A stretch of 64,000 bases of DNA, taken from an uncultured Hyphomicrobiales bacterium. Its GTDB lineage: Bacteria; Pseudomonadota; Alphaproteobacteria; Rhizobiales; Beijerinckiaceae. Positions 10,943 to 21,598 of the stretch are shown here, one piece after another. The notes beneath the pieces are model-generated. The model was given only the letters and a program-made list of their open reading frames with translations, made no database searches and was not told where the DNA came from. The first letter of the stretch is position 1, and each line of letters begins with the position of its first letter. The stretch lies in the NCBI GenBank assembly GCA_903885755.1, contig CAISJZ010000220.1, positions 1,367 through 65,366 on the forward strand, given 5' to 3'. The position numbers were made by a program, and so were the translations under genes.

Positions 10943-11626
10943 TTGCCGAACACGAGGTTGAACTTGGTCCGATTCGAGAATGTGGGTCTGCGATACGGCA
11001 TGGGCGCGGAAGTCCTGCGCGACATCAGCTTCGAAATTCTGCCGCAATCCATCCAGTTTCTGACTGGCCCCTCCGGCGCCGGCAAGACGACCTTGCTTCG
11101 CCTTGTTCTCCTGTCACTGAAGCCGACGCGAGGTTTTATCAAGCTGTTCGGAAAGGATGCCGCGACACTCGACAAGGACGCCATCACCGCATTGCGGCGT
11201 CGTATAGGCGTCGTATTTCAGGATTTCCGGTTGCTGGATCATCTCACGACCTACGAGAATGTCGCGCTGCCTCTGCGGGTGCAAGGCCGAGATGAGAGCT
11301 CCTATCGTTCCGAAGTGGTCGAATTGCTTCGCTGGGTTGGTCTTGGCGAACGCATGCACGTCCTGCCGCCCGTCCTTTCCGGTGGAGAAAAGCAGCGCGC
11401 GGCCATTGCACGCGCGCTGATCGTTAGGCCGGAGCTGCTTTTGGCGGACGAACCGACCGGCAATGTCGATCCGAGCCTCGCGCGGCGATTACTTAGGCTC
11501 TTTGTCGAACTGCACAAATCCGGAACGGCGGTCGTCATCGCTACCCATGATCTCGCGTTGATGGATCAATTCGAGGGCGCGCGGCGGCTGGTGCTTGGCG
11601 AGGGACATCTGCACATCTATGATTGA
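10943..11626 (+). CDS. ftsE: Cell division ATP-binding protein FtsE
   Basis: GPSGAGKT, GVVFQDFRLL, LSGGEKQR, LLADEPTGN. The exact start is uncertain (possibly the TTG before VRFENV). Confidence 0.95.
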   Translation: MPNTRLNLVRFENVGLRYGMGAEVLRDISFEILPQSIQFLTGPSGAGKTTLLRLVLLSLKPTRGFIKLFGKDAATLDKDAITALRRRIGVVFQDFRLLDHLTTYENVALPLRVQGRDESSYRSEVVELLRWVGLGERMHVLPPVLSGGEKQRAAIARALIVRPELLLADEPTGNVDPSLARRLLRLFVELHKSGTAVVIATHDLALMDQFEGARRLVLGEGHLHIYD

Positions 11627-12605
11627 CTTCATGATCCCCAAATTCGGTTCGCGTGATCGGCGATTGGATCGCGGGCGTGGAGAGGCCGATGCCTTCGCCG
11701 AACCGCTCAAGCGGAACATGCCGCTGATTCCCGGCGACACAATCGCGGGCCGAGCTCTTGTCACGGTCATAGCGATCATGACGTTTCTCGCGGCGATCGC
11801 GGCCGGCGCCGGCGTTCTGGTCAACGACGCATCGCGCGGGTGGACGAACCAGGTCTCTCGGGAAATGACGATTCAGGTCAAGCCGCGAACCGGGCGCGAC
11901 CTCGAGGCGGATGTCGCCGCCGCCTCTGAACTCGCCCGCGCAACACCGGGGATCGCCGGTGTGCGTATTTTCACAAAGGCCGATTCGGAACGCCTTCTTG
12001 AACCATGGCTTGGCACGGGGCTGGACCTCGGCGAATTGCCGGTGCCGCGTCTCATCGTCTTCGAGCGCGATCCGGCCAAACCGGTGGATATTGACAAGCT
12101 GAAGAACGATCTTGCCAAGAAATCTCCAGCGGCTTCGCTGGACGACCACGGAATGTGGATGGAACGTCTTGCCACCATGGCGCGCTCCCTGGTCCTGGTG
12201 GTCGCGATCATTTTTCTTCTGGTCCTTATCGCGATGGGCCTTGCGGTCGCCTTCGCCACGCGCGGCGCCATGGCTGGCAACAGCGAAATCGTGAATGTAT
12301 TGCATTTTGTTGGAGCCGAGGATTCCTACATCGCTGGCGAATTCCAGCGCCACTTTCTGCGTCTCGGCCTGCGAGGCGGAATCATCGGCGGCGTGGCGGC
12401 CGTCGCCGTTTTCGGCGCCTCGGCGCTTCTCATCAACTGGCGTTCTAGAACGCCAAGCGGCGACCAGATAGAAGCGTTGTTTGGGACATTCGCCCTTGGC
12501 CCTCTGGGCTATTTTTTGATCGCCTTGATTGCTCTCGCGATCGCGGGCTTGACCGGCTGGGTTTCGCGATCGATTGTATTTCGTCACCTCCAGGGGCTTG
12601 CCTGA
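11619..12605 (+). CDS. ftsX: Cell division permease FtsX
   Basis: 4-TM FtsX topology, LLEPWLG, LPVPRLI, IV.VLHFVGA...I; overlaps the ftsE stop. Confidence 0.9.
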   Translation: MIDFMIPKFGSRDRRLDRGRGEADAFAEPLKRNMPLIPGDTIAGRALVTVIAIMTFLAAIAAGAGVLVNDASRGWTNQVSREMTIQVKPRTGRDLEADVAAASELARATPGIAGVRIFTKADSERLLEPWLGTGLDLGELPVPRLIVFERDPAKPVDIDKLKNDLAKKSPAASLDDHGMWMERLATMARSLVLVVAIIFLLVLIAMGLAVAFATRGAMAGNSEIVNVLHFVGAEDSYIAGEFQRHFLRLGLRGGIIGGVAAVAVFGASALLINWRSRTPSGDQIEALFGTFALGPLGYFLIALIALAIAGLTGWVSRSIVFRHLQGLA

Positions 12606-12659
12606 CCACGACGAGTTTAGCTCATTCCAATGATGACCGGGACTCGAGGATACGACGGA

Positions 12660-13418
12660 ATGCTCTTTTTGCGATCGCTGATTTTCAACGTACTTTTCTA
12701 TTTGAATTTGATCGCGTTGATGATCCTGGGTCTGCCGACGCTTTTGTTTGGGCACCGGGCCGTCATGGCGCTGGCAAGGCTCTGGGCTCGAACTTCAAAT
12801 TGGCTATTGCGCGTGATCTGCGGTCTTGACGCCGAATATCGCGGTATCGAAAACATACCAACCGGTGGGTTCATCATCGCGCCCAAGCATCAATCAATCT
12901 GGGAGACTTTTTCGCTCGTTCCCTTCGCCCCGGATTTTTCCTACATCCTGAAACGCGAACTAGCCTGGATTCCTCTTTTTGGGTGGTACATCGTTCGCGC
13001 TCGACAGATCGCGATCAATCGCGCGAAGGGCGGCGCCGCGCTTAGCGAAGCAACGCGTAAGTCCCGCGAAGCTCTGTCGGAGGGTCGGCAGATTTTCATA
13101 TTTCCCGAGGGAACGCGCAGGCCCGTTGGCGCGCCGCCACTCTACAAGTACGGCGTGGCTGGGATCTATGCCGAAACCAACGCGCCTTGCCTGCCCGTCG
13201 CGTTAAATGCCGGTCTCTTTTGGCCACGCCGCAGTTTCCTCCGACGCCCCGGCAAAATCATCGTCGAATTTCTCGAGCCGATTCCGCCAGGACTGGAGAA
13301 AGGAGAATTCTTGCGGGTATTGAAGGAGCGACTGGAAGGCGCGACAAATCGTTTGATCGACGAAGCTCTCGTGGCCGATCCATCATTGCGACAATACCTC
13401 GCGAGGGATGTGGATTAG
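12660..13418 (+). CDS. plsC: 1-acyl-sn-glycerol-3-phosphate acyltransferase
   Basis: KHQSIWET and IFPEGTRR acyltransferase motifs. Confidence 0.85.
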   Translation: MLFLRSLIFNVLFYLNLIALMILGLPTLLFGHRAVMALARLWARTSNWLLRVICGLDAEYRGIENIPTGGFIIAPKHQSIWETFSLVPFAPDFSYILKRELAWIPLFGWYIVRARQIAINRAKGGAALSEATRKSREALSEGRQIFIFPEGTRRPVGAPPLYKYGVAGIYAETNAPCLPVALNAGLFWPRRSFLRRPGKIIVEFLEPIPPGLEKGEFLRVLKERLEGATNRLIDEALVADPSLRQYLARDVD

Positions 13419-14005
13419 ACCGAGGCCTGACCAAATTCCGCACTCGCGGTCGTCAAGCGAGCAGCGTACCAATCAAGATCTCGATCCTTGATTCCCAAAT
13501 CGACGAGATGAGCATGAGTATTCCGGACATATTCCGTATTTTCACCCGACTGGCCGACACCTTGCAGAATCATTTGGAGGGAAATTTCGCGAGAAAGCTT
13601 TCCGGCGTATTGCGCGTGCGCGCGATCGACAACATAGGCTAGCGCGGAGATGGGAATTCCCGAGCTGTCGAGAACCAGATGCACTAGCCTTTCGGTATAA
13701 ACCAATGTGACAAGCTCGCGCTCGCGAAGATATTCAATAGTCTCCTTACGACGCTCTCCGTCAACCCTGAACGCCACTCCTTTGCACGAGCCGCCCCGAT
13801 CAAGTCCAAGCACCAGGCCGGGTGCTTCCGGCGTGCCGCGATGTACGTGAGAATAGATGCATAGCGCACGATGATAGCCACGGACGGTCGCGATCTGACG
13901 CTCAATGTACCTGAACCCCGGGCGCCACATCAGCGACCCATACCCAAAGACCCAGAAATCCTCGCCGTCATTCACGGGCCTGCCCACGCCAGATTTATCA
14001 TGCAT
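13415..14005 (-). CDS. chaC: Gamma-glutamylcyclotransferase (ChaC family)
   Basis: WVFGYGSLMW, HRGTPEAPGLVLGL, YLREREL. Confidence 0.9.
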   Translation of the reverse strand: MHDKSGVGRPVNDGEDFWVFGYGSLMWRPGFRYIERQIATVRGYHRALCIYSHVHRGTPEAPGLVLGLDRGGSCKGVAFRVDGERRKETIEYLRERELVTLVYTERLVHLVLDSSGIPISALAYVVDRAHAQYAGKLSREISLQMILQGVGQSGENTEYVRNTHAHLVDLGIKDRDLDWYAARLTTASAEFGQASV

Positions 14006-14090
14006 GTTGGATCAGTCGCGATTCGGATTTCGTTTCGTCTGGAAACGCTCTAAGAATGTGATTCTCTCTCCTCAATCAGGTCAAGCCTAA

Positions 14091-15101
14091 TTGCGTCCGG
14101 CTTTGAAGGTTTTCCTACCAGTCATCGCTCTGCTTGCCGTCTGCATCGGCTGGTCGATCTTCTGGCGATTCGCAGCTGACGCGACGGAGGCAGGTCTCGA
14201 CGACTGGTTCGCCCAGGAAAGATTGGCGGGAAGAATCTGGATATGCACGGACCGTAGCGTTTCGGGGTACCCGTTCCGGATCGAGGTGCGATGCCTCAAA
14301 CCGACATTTTCCGGGCCTGTCGCCAATGTGCAAGTGGATGGTTCGGTTGGCGATATTGTCGCCGTCGCCCATGTTTATCAGCCTACCCTGATCGTCGCCG
14401 ATATCGCGCCGCCCCTGCGTCTGCAATCAAAGCCCGATCGCGGTTCGGTTGAAATGAACTGGCGGGGCCTGCGCGTTAGCTACCGCTCCAGCGATGGCGC
14501 CTTGCAACTTGGCTCGTTGTCCCTCAATGGCGGGAGTTTCGTCGCCCAGCTACTCGGCCTCGATGAAATCCGCGGCGCTTCCGACCTTTTTGAACTTCAT
14601 GTCCGTCAAACCGCCTCGGTCCCGAATTCCCTCGATATCGCGGTGACCACGAACGGTCTTACGGTTCCATTGATCGATGGCTTTACCGGAGATGCCGATC
14701 CCGTGAATTTGATCCTGACTGCCACCGTATCGCGGGTAGATGCAATCACGCGCGCCTCAAACGTCGCGCCGCTTGAGCGCTGGCGGCGCGCTGGCGGACT
14801 GGCGCGGATTACGCAATTCAATCTGGCGAAAGGCGCGGCGGAAACAACCGCGACGGGCCAACTTGATCTTGATGCCTCTCACCGCATCCACGGTCGTCTC
14901 GACATCAGTGCGCTCGGCCTCGGCCCAATTCTCGAAAAGCTCGGAATTCCCGCGGCGGCGCTGGCGATCGGAAACCTGTTGAGCGGATCGGCTCAGCCGC
15001 CATTACCGTCCGGCGCGACACGCCTTTCCGTTTCACTGGACAACGGGCGAATTTCCGTGGGCCCTGTAGGTTTGCCCATGGTTCTCCAGCCAGTTTACTG
15101 A
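14091..15101 (+). CDS. DUF2125 domain protein
   Basis: N-terminal TM, C...SGYPFRIEVRC and LERWRRAGG; typical neighbour of chaC and tyrA in Rhizobiales. Confidence 0.75.
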   Translation: MRPALKVFLPVIALLAVCIGWSIFWRFAADATEAGLDDWFAQERLAGRIWICTDRSVSGYPFRIEVRCLKPTFSGPVANVQVDGSVGDIVAVAHVYQPTLIVADIAPPLRLQSKPDRGSVEMNWRGLRVSYRSSDGALQLGSLSLNGGSFVAQLLGLDEIRGASDLFELHVRQTASVPNSLDIAVTTNGLTVPLIDGFTGDADPVNLILTATVSRVDAITRASNVAPLERWRRAGGLARITQFNLAKGAAETTATGQLDLDASHRIHGRLDISALGLGPILEKLGIPAAALAIGNLLSGSAQPPLPSGATRLSVSLDNGRISVGPVGLPMVLQPVY

Positions 15102-16042
15102 GCCTTGTCGGGCGTACTGGCTCTTCGGCCGAAGTCCGCGGCCGGCGTTTCCTGACCCTGTTCGATAATGCCACGCCTGATGGCCCGCGTTCGTGTGAAC
15201 AATTCAAACAGACCGTCGCCATCGCCCCAACGGATCATCCGCTGCAGGGCCGCGAGATCTTCGTTGAACCGTCCGAGCATTTCAAGCACGGCTTCCTTGT
15301 TGTTCAGAAACACATCGCGCCACATCGTGGGATCGGACGCGGCGATCCGCGTGAAATCGCGAAAGCCGCCGGCGGAAAACTTGATGACCTCGGATTGCGT
15401 CACGGTTTCAAGATCAGCGGCGGTGCCCACGATATTGTAGGCGATCAGGTGGGGAACGTGACTGGTGATCGCCAGAACGAGATCGTGATGCGCCGGCGTC
15501 ATGATCTCGACGTTGGAGCCGATACGCGTCCAGAATTCCTGGACGACGGCAACCGCGGCCTGATCCTCGCCTTCCGGCGGAGCGAGAATGCACCAGCGGT
15601 TTTCGAACAGTTCGGCGAAGCCCGCGTCAGGCCCTGAATACTCGGTTCCGGCAACCGGATGCGCCGGAACGAAATGCACGCTGGCGGGCAAAGCGGGTTG
15701 AACAGCGGCAATAACGGCGCTCTTGACTGATCCCACATCGGAAACAATCGATCCTGGCTTCAACCACGCGCCAATCTCGCGCGCGATATCCCCGTTCGCG
15801 CCGACGGGCGCGCATAAAATGATAAGATCGGCGTCCACGACGGCTTCAGCCGCCGCGTCTGGAACCTCATCCGCGAACCCAAGCGCGCGCACGCGTTCAC
15901 GAACGGTCGGCGAATGATCGGTGACGACAACGGTCTTCGCAAGCCCACGCGCCTTCGTGGCTCGCGCGATCGACGAACCGATCAGCCCCGCGCCGATGAT
16001 GGCAAGCCGCTCAATAACCGGCGAGGATTGCTTCGGGGCCAT
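15095..16042 (-). CDS. tyrA: Prephenate/arogenate (cyclohexadienyl) dehydrogenase
   Basis: IIGAGLIGSS, SDVGSVK, HPVAGTE.SG, SHVPHL, GGFRDFTRIA. Confidence 0.93.
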   Translation of the reverse strand: MAPKQSSPVIERLAIIGAGLIGSSIARATKARGLAKTVVVTDHSPTVRERVRALGFADEVPDAAAEAVVDADLIILCAPVGANGDIAREIGAWLKPGSIVSDVGSVKSAVIAAVQPALPASVHFVPAHPVAGTEYSGPDAGFAELFENRWCILAPPEGEDQAAVAVVQEFWTRIGSNVEIMTPAHHDLVLAITSHVPHLIAYNIVGTAADLETVTQSEVIKFSAGGFRDFTRIAASDPTMWRDVFLNNKEAVLEMLGRFNEDLAALQRMIRWGDGDGLFELFTRTRAIRRGIIEQGQETPAADFGRRASTPDKAQ

Positions 16043-16045
16043 GAG

Positions 16046-17161
16046 TCAGCCTCGACCCGCGGTTATTCCGGCGAACACCCTCAACGCGTCAACGACAAGG
16101 CGATTCGCCTCCTCCGTGCCAATCGTCATTCGCAGCGCATTCGGTAGCCCATAGGCGCCGACATTGCGAAGCACCAGACCACGCTCCGATAGAAAGCGGT
16201 CGGCGTCGGCCGCGGTTTGCCCCGGCAATTTCGAAAAATGAATCAGAACGAAATTCGCGACGCTCGGGGTGACTTCGTAACCAAGTCCGGAAATTTGCTC
16301 GCTGACCCACGGAACCCATTTCTCATTATGCGCGGCGGCGGCGTCAACGTGCCCGGCGTCCTCAAGGGCGGCGGCGCCTGCCTCGATCGCGGCCGAATTG
16401 ATATTGAACGGCCCACGAATTCGATGAAGCGCGTCACAGATGTGCTCGGGAGCGTAGGCCCAGCCGACTCGCAGCGCCGCCAGGCCGTAAATCTTCGAGA
16501 AAGTCCGCGTCATCACAACGTTTTCGCAGGTCGAAGCAAGCTCGATTCCCGCCGAATAATCATTACGCCTGACATACTCGCCGTAGGCCGCGTCAAGAAC
16601 GAGAAGAGTCGTTGGCGGCAGGGCCGCGTGCAATCGCTTGACCTCCGCGAATGGCAAATAGGTGCCCGTGGGATTGTTTGGATTCGCGAGATAGACAATT
16701 TTCGTGCGCGGCGTCACGCGCGCCAGAATGGCGTCAACGTTGGCGGTGTAGTTTGTTTCCGGGACTTCAATCGGTACGCCGCCCGCGGCCAGTATCGCGA
16801 TGCGATAAACCAAAAATCCATGCGTCGTGAAAATCCCCTCGTCGCCATCGCCGACATACGCCGCCGCGAGCAGATGGAGGATGTCGTCCGACCCATTTCC
16901 GCAAATAATTCGCGACGGCTCCAGGCCATAGCGGCGCGCGATTGCTTCGCGCAATTTGGTCGCCGCGCCATCGGGATAGAGTTCAAGCTGGTCGGAGACC
17001 GACCGAAACGCCGCGATTGCCTTTGGCGAAGGGCCAAGCGGCGTCTCGTTCGAGGACAGCTTGAACACCTTTTGCACGCCCGGAGCAACGCTTTTGCCCG
17101 GCACGTAGGCCTCGATCTCAAGAATGCCCGGGCGAGGCGTTGGGCGCGCTGAATGGCTCAT
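16046..17161 (-). CDS. hisC: Histidinol-phosphate aminotransferase
   Basis: [35 protein letters not shown]. Confidence 0.95.
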   Translation of the reverse strand: MSHSARPTPRPGILEIEAYVPGKSVAPGVQKVFKLSSNETPLGPSPKAIAAFRSVSDQLELYPDGAATKLREAIARRYGLEPSRIICGNGSDDILHLLAAAYVGDGDEGIFTTHGFLVYRIAILAAGGVPIEVPETNYTANVDAILARVTPRTKIVYLANPNNPTGTYLPFAEVKRLHAALPPTTLLVLDAAYGEYVRRNDYSAGIELASTCENVVMTRTFSKIYGLAALRVGWAYAPEHICDALHRIRGPFNINSAAIEAGAAALEDAGHVDAAAAHNEKWVPWVSEQISGLGYEVTPSVANFVLIHFSKLPGQTAADADRFLSERGLVLRNVGAYGLPNALRMTIGTEEANRLVVDALRVFAGITAGRG

Positions 17162-17196
17162 GGTCCAGGACTCTCACGGGATCGGCGAGGTGACGC

Positions 17197-18060
17197 TCAG
17201 GGCGTCACGATTGATTTTTCCGGCCGAACTGGCGCCTCGAAACGGGAGGCGTGACTGCCGACGTCGTGAATGCGGATATCGCCTGTCCCAGCGTTTCGCA
17301 AGGCCTCGCGGATCAGGCCGACTTGCGCGGCGGCGGGCAGGGCGATCAGCAGCGACAGACCAACGCCGCCAGCCGCATTGCCGAGTATCTCCCCACCAAC
17401 GCTTGCCAGAGCGGCCGGGATGCCATCGCGCCAGCGGTCCAGCGAAATTTGCTTGATCATGACATCAGTCGCGGCGGCCTCGGCGAGGGGCTTGCTGACG
17501 ACGAAAACCGGCATGCCAGCGGGATGATCCGGACGCTCGACGAATGGCAGTCGCGCGATGATCTTGGGGGCGTCTTCGCCGATCAACGCGGTCCACCACG
17601 CGCCCGAGGCCGGACCGCTGTCGAGGCGGACCATGCCAAGGTCGCCCCCGGACCGGCGGACCGCGGAAATGACGGCCACCGGGCCATTGTGGGTCAAGAA
17701 TGGAACCGTAAACCCGAAATGAAAACGCACGGAATCGCGCATCGCGGCGTCTCCGCTCGAGACGTCGGCATGCACTGCATAATGTGCCTGCACATAGGTG
17801 AAGGTCGAAATGATGATCCGCCAGATTCCCTCGACCGTGTCGAGCGGCAACAGGCCGCGATGCCGCTCGGCGAGCGCGCGCATCATCGAAGCCTCGCGTC
17901 CGGGCCGAAACGCCGAGCCGCCGCCCTGGCGGGCCTTGACCTCGATCAACCGGTCGATGATCCGGCCGCGTTCCATCAACAACTCATGCATGGCCAGGTC
18001 GATGCGGTCGATATCCACACGCAGGTTTTTCAGGAATTGATCCGGATTGGTGTCAGTCAT
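17197..18060 (-). CDS. Chorismate mutase (alphaproteobacterial extended type)
   Basis: LR.DIDRID...H.LLMERG, AFRPGREA and IWR.IIS motifs. An alternative TTG start lies at 18087. Confidence 0.85.
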   Translation of the reverse strand: MTDTNPDQFLKNLRVDIDRIDLAMHELLMERGRIIDRLIEVKARQGGGSAFRPGREASMMRALAERHRGLLPLDTVEGIWRIIISTFTYVQAHYAVHADVSSGDAAMRDSVRFHFGFTVPFLTHNGPVAVISAVRRSGGDLGMVRLDSGPASGAWWTALIGEDAPKIIARLPFVERPDHPAGMPVFVVSKPLAEAAATDVMIKQISLDRWRDGIPAALASVGGEILGNAAGGVGLSLLIALPAAAQVGLIREALRNAGTGDIRIHDVGSHASRFEAPVRPEKSIVTP

Positions 18061-18174
18061 CTGCGCCCGCAGGATTGTTTCGGCCAAAATTGACGTCGAT
18101 GTTTATCCAGCCGCCGCCGCAATGGCAAAGTCGCGCCGGATCAAGTCGGCGCCCAGCGGTAGCGTATCCGTAAT

Positions 18175-18204
18175 CTTGACGGATTATCATAGATACACCT
18201 ATAT
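18175..18204 (+). promoter_or_regulatory. Promoter of metXW (sigma70- or RpoH-like)
   Basis: CTTGAC-N17-CCTATAT about 48 nt upstream of the metX ATG. Confidence 0.65.
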
Positions 18205-18251
18205 AGCGTACGTTTCGTTCGGAATACAGAACAATCCGGGAAGGCAAGCGC

Positions 18252-19421
18252 ATGGCCCCGATGGCCAACCTTCAAGGCGGACTCAGCGAAGCCGACAATC
18301 CCAACAGTCTGATTGTCCGCTTTCCGGAAAGCGATCCACTGATAACCGATGCCGGGGTTGATATTTCTCCCTTCGCCATCGCCTATCAGACCTATGGAGT
18401 CTTGAACGCCGCGAAATCCAACGCGATCCTGATCTGCCACGCACTCACCGGCGACCAGCACGTTGCGAATATCCACCCGGTGACGGAAAAGCCGGGCTGG
18501 TGGTCGACCATGGTCGGACCCGGTAAACCGATCGACACGGACAGATATTTTGTCATCTGTTCGAACGTGGTGGGAGGCTGTCTGGGCACCACCGGCCCCG
18601 CCTCGACCAATCCGGGTACCGGCAAGCCATATGGGCTCGATCTTCCCGTGATCACGATTCGCGACATGGTGCGCGCCCAGGCAAAATTGATCGACCACCT
18701 TGGCATCGAACAGTTGTTCTGCGTGGCCGGCGGTTCGATGGGTGGGATGCAGGTTCTGCAATGGGCCGCGAGCTATCCCCAACGTGTTTTCTGCGCCATG
18801 CCGATCGCCACGGCGGCAAGGCATTCGTCGCAGAACATCGCTTTCCATGAAGTTGGGCGGCAGGCGATCATGGCCGACCCCAACTGGCTCGGAGGACGCT
18901 ATTTCGAAAACGAAGTGCGACCGACCAAGGGATTGGCGGTCGCTCGCATGGCCGCCCATATCACGTATCTCTCCGACGAGGCGCTCCACCGCAAATTCGG
19001 TCGAAAACTGCAGGATCGGGAATCCCCGACATTCTCTTTCGACGCCGATTTTCAGATCGAAAGCTACTTGCGTCATCAGGGGTCCAGTTTCGTCGAACGC
19101 TTTGACGCCAACTCCTATCTCTATGTCACACGGGCAATGGATTACTTCGACCTTGCGGCCGACTATGATGGTTCGCTTGCGAGGGCGTTCAAGGGGTCGA
19201 AGACTCGATTTTGCATCGTCTCATTCACCTCCGACTGGTTGTTCCCGACGTCCAATTCCCGCGCGATCGTTCATGCTCTGAATGCCGGCGGCGCATCCGT
19301 CTCATTCGTGGAGATCGAGACCGACAGGGGCCATGACGCATTCCTGCTCGACGTGCCGGAACTGCTGGCTACGTCACGAGGTTTTCTCGAAAGCGCCGCG
19401 CGCGCCAGAGGCCTCGCATGA
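18252..19421 (+). CDS. metX: Homoserine O-acetyltransferase
   Basis: [16 protein letters not shown] nucleophile elbow, FDANSY, GHDAFLL. Confidence 0.95.
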   Translation: MAPMANLQGGLSEADNPNSLIVRFPESDPLITDAGVDISPFAIAYQTYGVLNAAKSNAILICHALTGDQHVANIHPVTEKPGWWSTMVGPGKPIDTDRYFVICSNVVGGCLGTTGPASTNPGTGKPYGLDLPVITIRDMVRAQAKLIDHLGIEQLFCVAGGSMGGMQVLQWAASYPQRVFCAMPIATAARHSSQNIAFHEVGRQAIMADPNWLGGRYFENEVRPTKGLAVARMAAHITYLSDEALHRKFGRKLQDRESPTFSFDADFQIESYLRHQGSSFVERFDANSYLYVTRAMDYFDLAADYDGSLARAFKGSKTRFCIVSFTSDWLFPTSNSRAIVHALNAGGASVSFVEIETDRGHDAFLLDVPELLATSRGFLESAARARGLA

Positions 19422-20065
19422 CGAATGCCGACCTTTACGCCCAGGCCTCGAACGCCGCCGCCGCCCGCGTCGATCTGGTTTTAATCGCGGAAATGGTCGA
19501 GCACGGGTCGCGCGTTCTCGATATCGGCTGCGGAGAGGGCGAACTTCTGCAGTTATTGGCGAACACCCGCGACGTCGACGCGCGCGGAATGGAATTGTCC
19601 CAGCGCGGCGTCAACGATTGCGTCGCCAAGGGCCTCTCCGTCATTCAGGGCGACGCCGACATAGACCTCAGCGACTATCCCGATGACGCATTCGATTATG
19701 TGATCCTGTCGCAAACGATTCAGGCGACCAGACATCCCCGGATCGTACTCGAACACATGCTGCGCATTGGCCGGCGCGCAATTATTTCCTTCCCGAATTT
19801 TGGCCATTGGCGAATTCGAACACAGTTGGCGTTCAGGGGGCGGATGCCCGTGACGCAAAATCTGTCCTACGCCTGGTATGACACGCCCAATATTCACTTT
19901 TGCACGATCCGCGATTTTGTCTCCCTGACGCAGGAGCTTTCGATCAAAATCGAACGAGCTGTCGCGCTCGATCGATTTGGCGCTCCCGTGCGCGTCAACG
20001 CGCCCTGGTCGTTCTGGAATCTTTTCGGCGAGCAAGCTGTCTTCGTGCTCAGTCGGCGTGATTGA
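19418..20065 (+). CDS. metW: Methionine biosynthesis protein MetW
   Basis: [27 protein letters not shown]; ATGA overlap with metX. Confidence 0.95.
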   Translation: MTNADLYAQASNAAAARVDLVLIAEMVEHGSRVLDIGCGEGELLQLLANTRDVDARGMELSQRGVNDCVAKGLSVIQGDADIDLSDYPDDAFDYVILSQTIQATRHPRIVLEHMLRIGRRAIISFPNFGHWRIRTQLAFRGRMPVTQNLSYAWYDTPNIHFCTIRDFVSLTQELSIKIERAVALDRFGAPVRVNAPWSFWNLFGEQAVFVLSRRD

Positions 20066-20077
20066 TCCAAACGCCGG

Positions 20078-21397
20078 TCATTGGTGAATGGTCTCGCCGT
20101 GGAGGGAGAGATCGAGCCCTTCGCGCTCTTCCGTCTCACCCACACGCAGCCCACAGACAAGATAAACAAACTTCAGCGATATCCATGTCCCGAGGACGCA
20201 CCACGCAATCGTTACAATGACGCCAATGGCCTGAATCCCCAATTGCCGTGGGTTGCCTTCAAGCAGTCCGGCCACGCCCGAAGGCGTATCCGGGCCAACG
20301 CTCAAAGCCGCGGTCGCGAACACGCCAGCCATCAACGTTCCAATGATTCCACCAACGCCATGGACGCCAAACACATCGAGAGAATCGTCGTATTTGCAGC
20401 GGAATTTCAAAGCCGTGCAGCACCAGTAGCAGACCGCGCCGGCAACGGCGCCAATCACGATGCCATGCCAGGGCATGACATAACCGGACGCCGGCGTGAT
20501 TGTGCCAAGCCCGGCCACGGCGCCTGAAATCATCCCAAGAACGGATGGCTTGCCGCGCTGGACCCATTCCAGAACGCTCCAGACAATCGCTCCGGAACAG
20601 GCCGCCAGATGCGTCGCGACGATCGCGAACACCGCGCGCGACCCGGCGCCAAGCGCCGAGCCGCCGTTGAAACCAAACCAGCCAACCCAGAGCAATCCCG
20701 CGCCAATGATCGCCAGGGTGAGATCAAATGGCGACAGATTTTCCTTTCCGAACCCTTGCCGCGGCCCCAGCATGACGGCCGCCACAAGACCGGCAATCCC
20801 GGCGTTGATGTGAACGACAGTTCCACCCGCGAAATCGATGACGCCCATGGCGCCGAGAAATCCCCCGCCCCAAATCCAATGGGCCGACGGAATGTAGACG
20901 ACAAAAAGCCATACGGCGGAAAAGAGGACAAAGGCGGAAAATTTCATCCGGTCCGCCACCGCGCCACCGACGAGCGCGCAGGTAATGACCGCGAAGGTCA
21001 TCTGGTACGCCATAAACAATATCTCGGGGATCGTCTTGGCGAACGGACTGACCGAGCCTAGGCCAATACCGGTCAGGAGGATTCTTGAAAGCGACCCGAC
21101 ATACGGTCCATCGCCCGTGAACGTCAGGGAATAGCCGACGGCGACCCACAAAATCGAAACCACGGCCGTGGCGGCCAAGCTCTGCGCCATGGTGGCCAAC
21201 ACATTCTTTTTCCGTACCATGCCAGCATAGAAAAGCGCCAAGCCGGGCAAAGTCATCATCAGTACAAGAGCGGTCGCGAAAATCATGAACCCGGTGTCGG
21301 CCGCATCGATCGCCGGTTCGTTCGCGAACGCCGCTGTCGGTGCGAGTATCGCGGCCGCGAGCGGCAGGATAGCGACAAGAACGGATGATCGGCGCAT
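20078..21397 (-). CDS. amt: Ammonium transporter (Amt family), orphan paralogue without glnK
   Basis: Signal peptide, PGLALFY.G, QMTFA, DFAGGTVVHINAG, WVGWFGFNGGS, DDSLDVFGVHG. Confidence 0.95.
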   Translation of the reverse strand: MRRSSVLVAILPLAAAILAPTAAFANEPAIDAADTGFMIFATALVLMMTLPGLALFYAGMVRKKNVLATMAQSLAATAVVSILWVAVGYSLTFTGDGPYVGSLSRILLTGIGLGSVSPFAKTIPEILFMAYQMTFAVITCALVGGAVADRMKFSAFVLFSAVWLFVVYIPSAHWIWGGGFLGAMGVIDFAGGTVVHINAGIAGLVAAVMLGPRQGFGKENLSPFDLTLAIIGAGLLWVGWFGFNGGSALGAGSRAVFAIVATHLAACSGAIVWSVLEWVQRGKPSVLGMISGAVAGLGTITPASGYVMPWHGIVIGAVAGAVCYWCCTALKFRCKYDDSLDVFGVHGVGGIIGTLMAGVFATAALSVGPDTPSGVAGLLEGNPRQLGIQAIGVIVTIAWCVLGTWISLKFVYLVCGLRVGETEEREGLDLSLHGETIHQ

Positions 21398-21464
21398 TTG
21401 GATCTCTCGAACGGGCCTCAGGCGCGATCAAGGGATCAACGCGGACGTGGCTGGTCAAGAATGT

Positions 21465-21480
21465 ATCAAAAAGCGTGCCA
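21465..21480 (-). promoter_or_regulatory. sigma54 (-24/-12) promoter of orphan amt
   Basis: The minus strand reads TGGCACGCTTTTTGAT (GG-N10-GA variant). Confidence 0.7.
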
Positions 21481-21482
21481 AA

Positions 21483-21598
21483 TGCATAAGCAATAGGCAT
21501 AGTGGTGTTTCAATGAGCGTAGTGAGAGGTGATATTTATAGCCGATATTATAGGCATAATATGATTAATAATTATACAAAATGAATAACTTTCAGGCA
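21483..21598. promoter_or_regulatory. Three NtrC-type 17-bp sites in AT-rich upstream region
   Basis: TGCAT-N7-AGGCA (21483-21499), AGCCG-N7-AGGCA (21540-21556) and TGAAT-N7-AGGCA (21582-21598), compared with NtrC TGCAC-N7-GTGCA. Confidence 0.55.

Noticed and set aside
11541-12755. 404-aa minus-strand ORF opposite ftsX
   Set aside because: Shadow ORF with no domain signature; the plus strand clearly encodes FtsX.
18100-18251. SAM riboswitch upstream of metX
   Set aside because: No SAM-II or SAM-SAH pattern is visible, and the predicted leader is too short.
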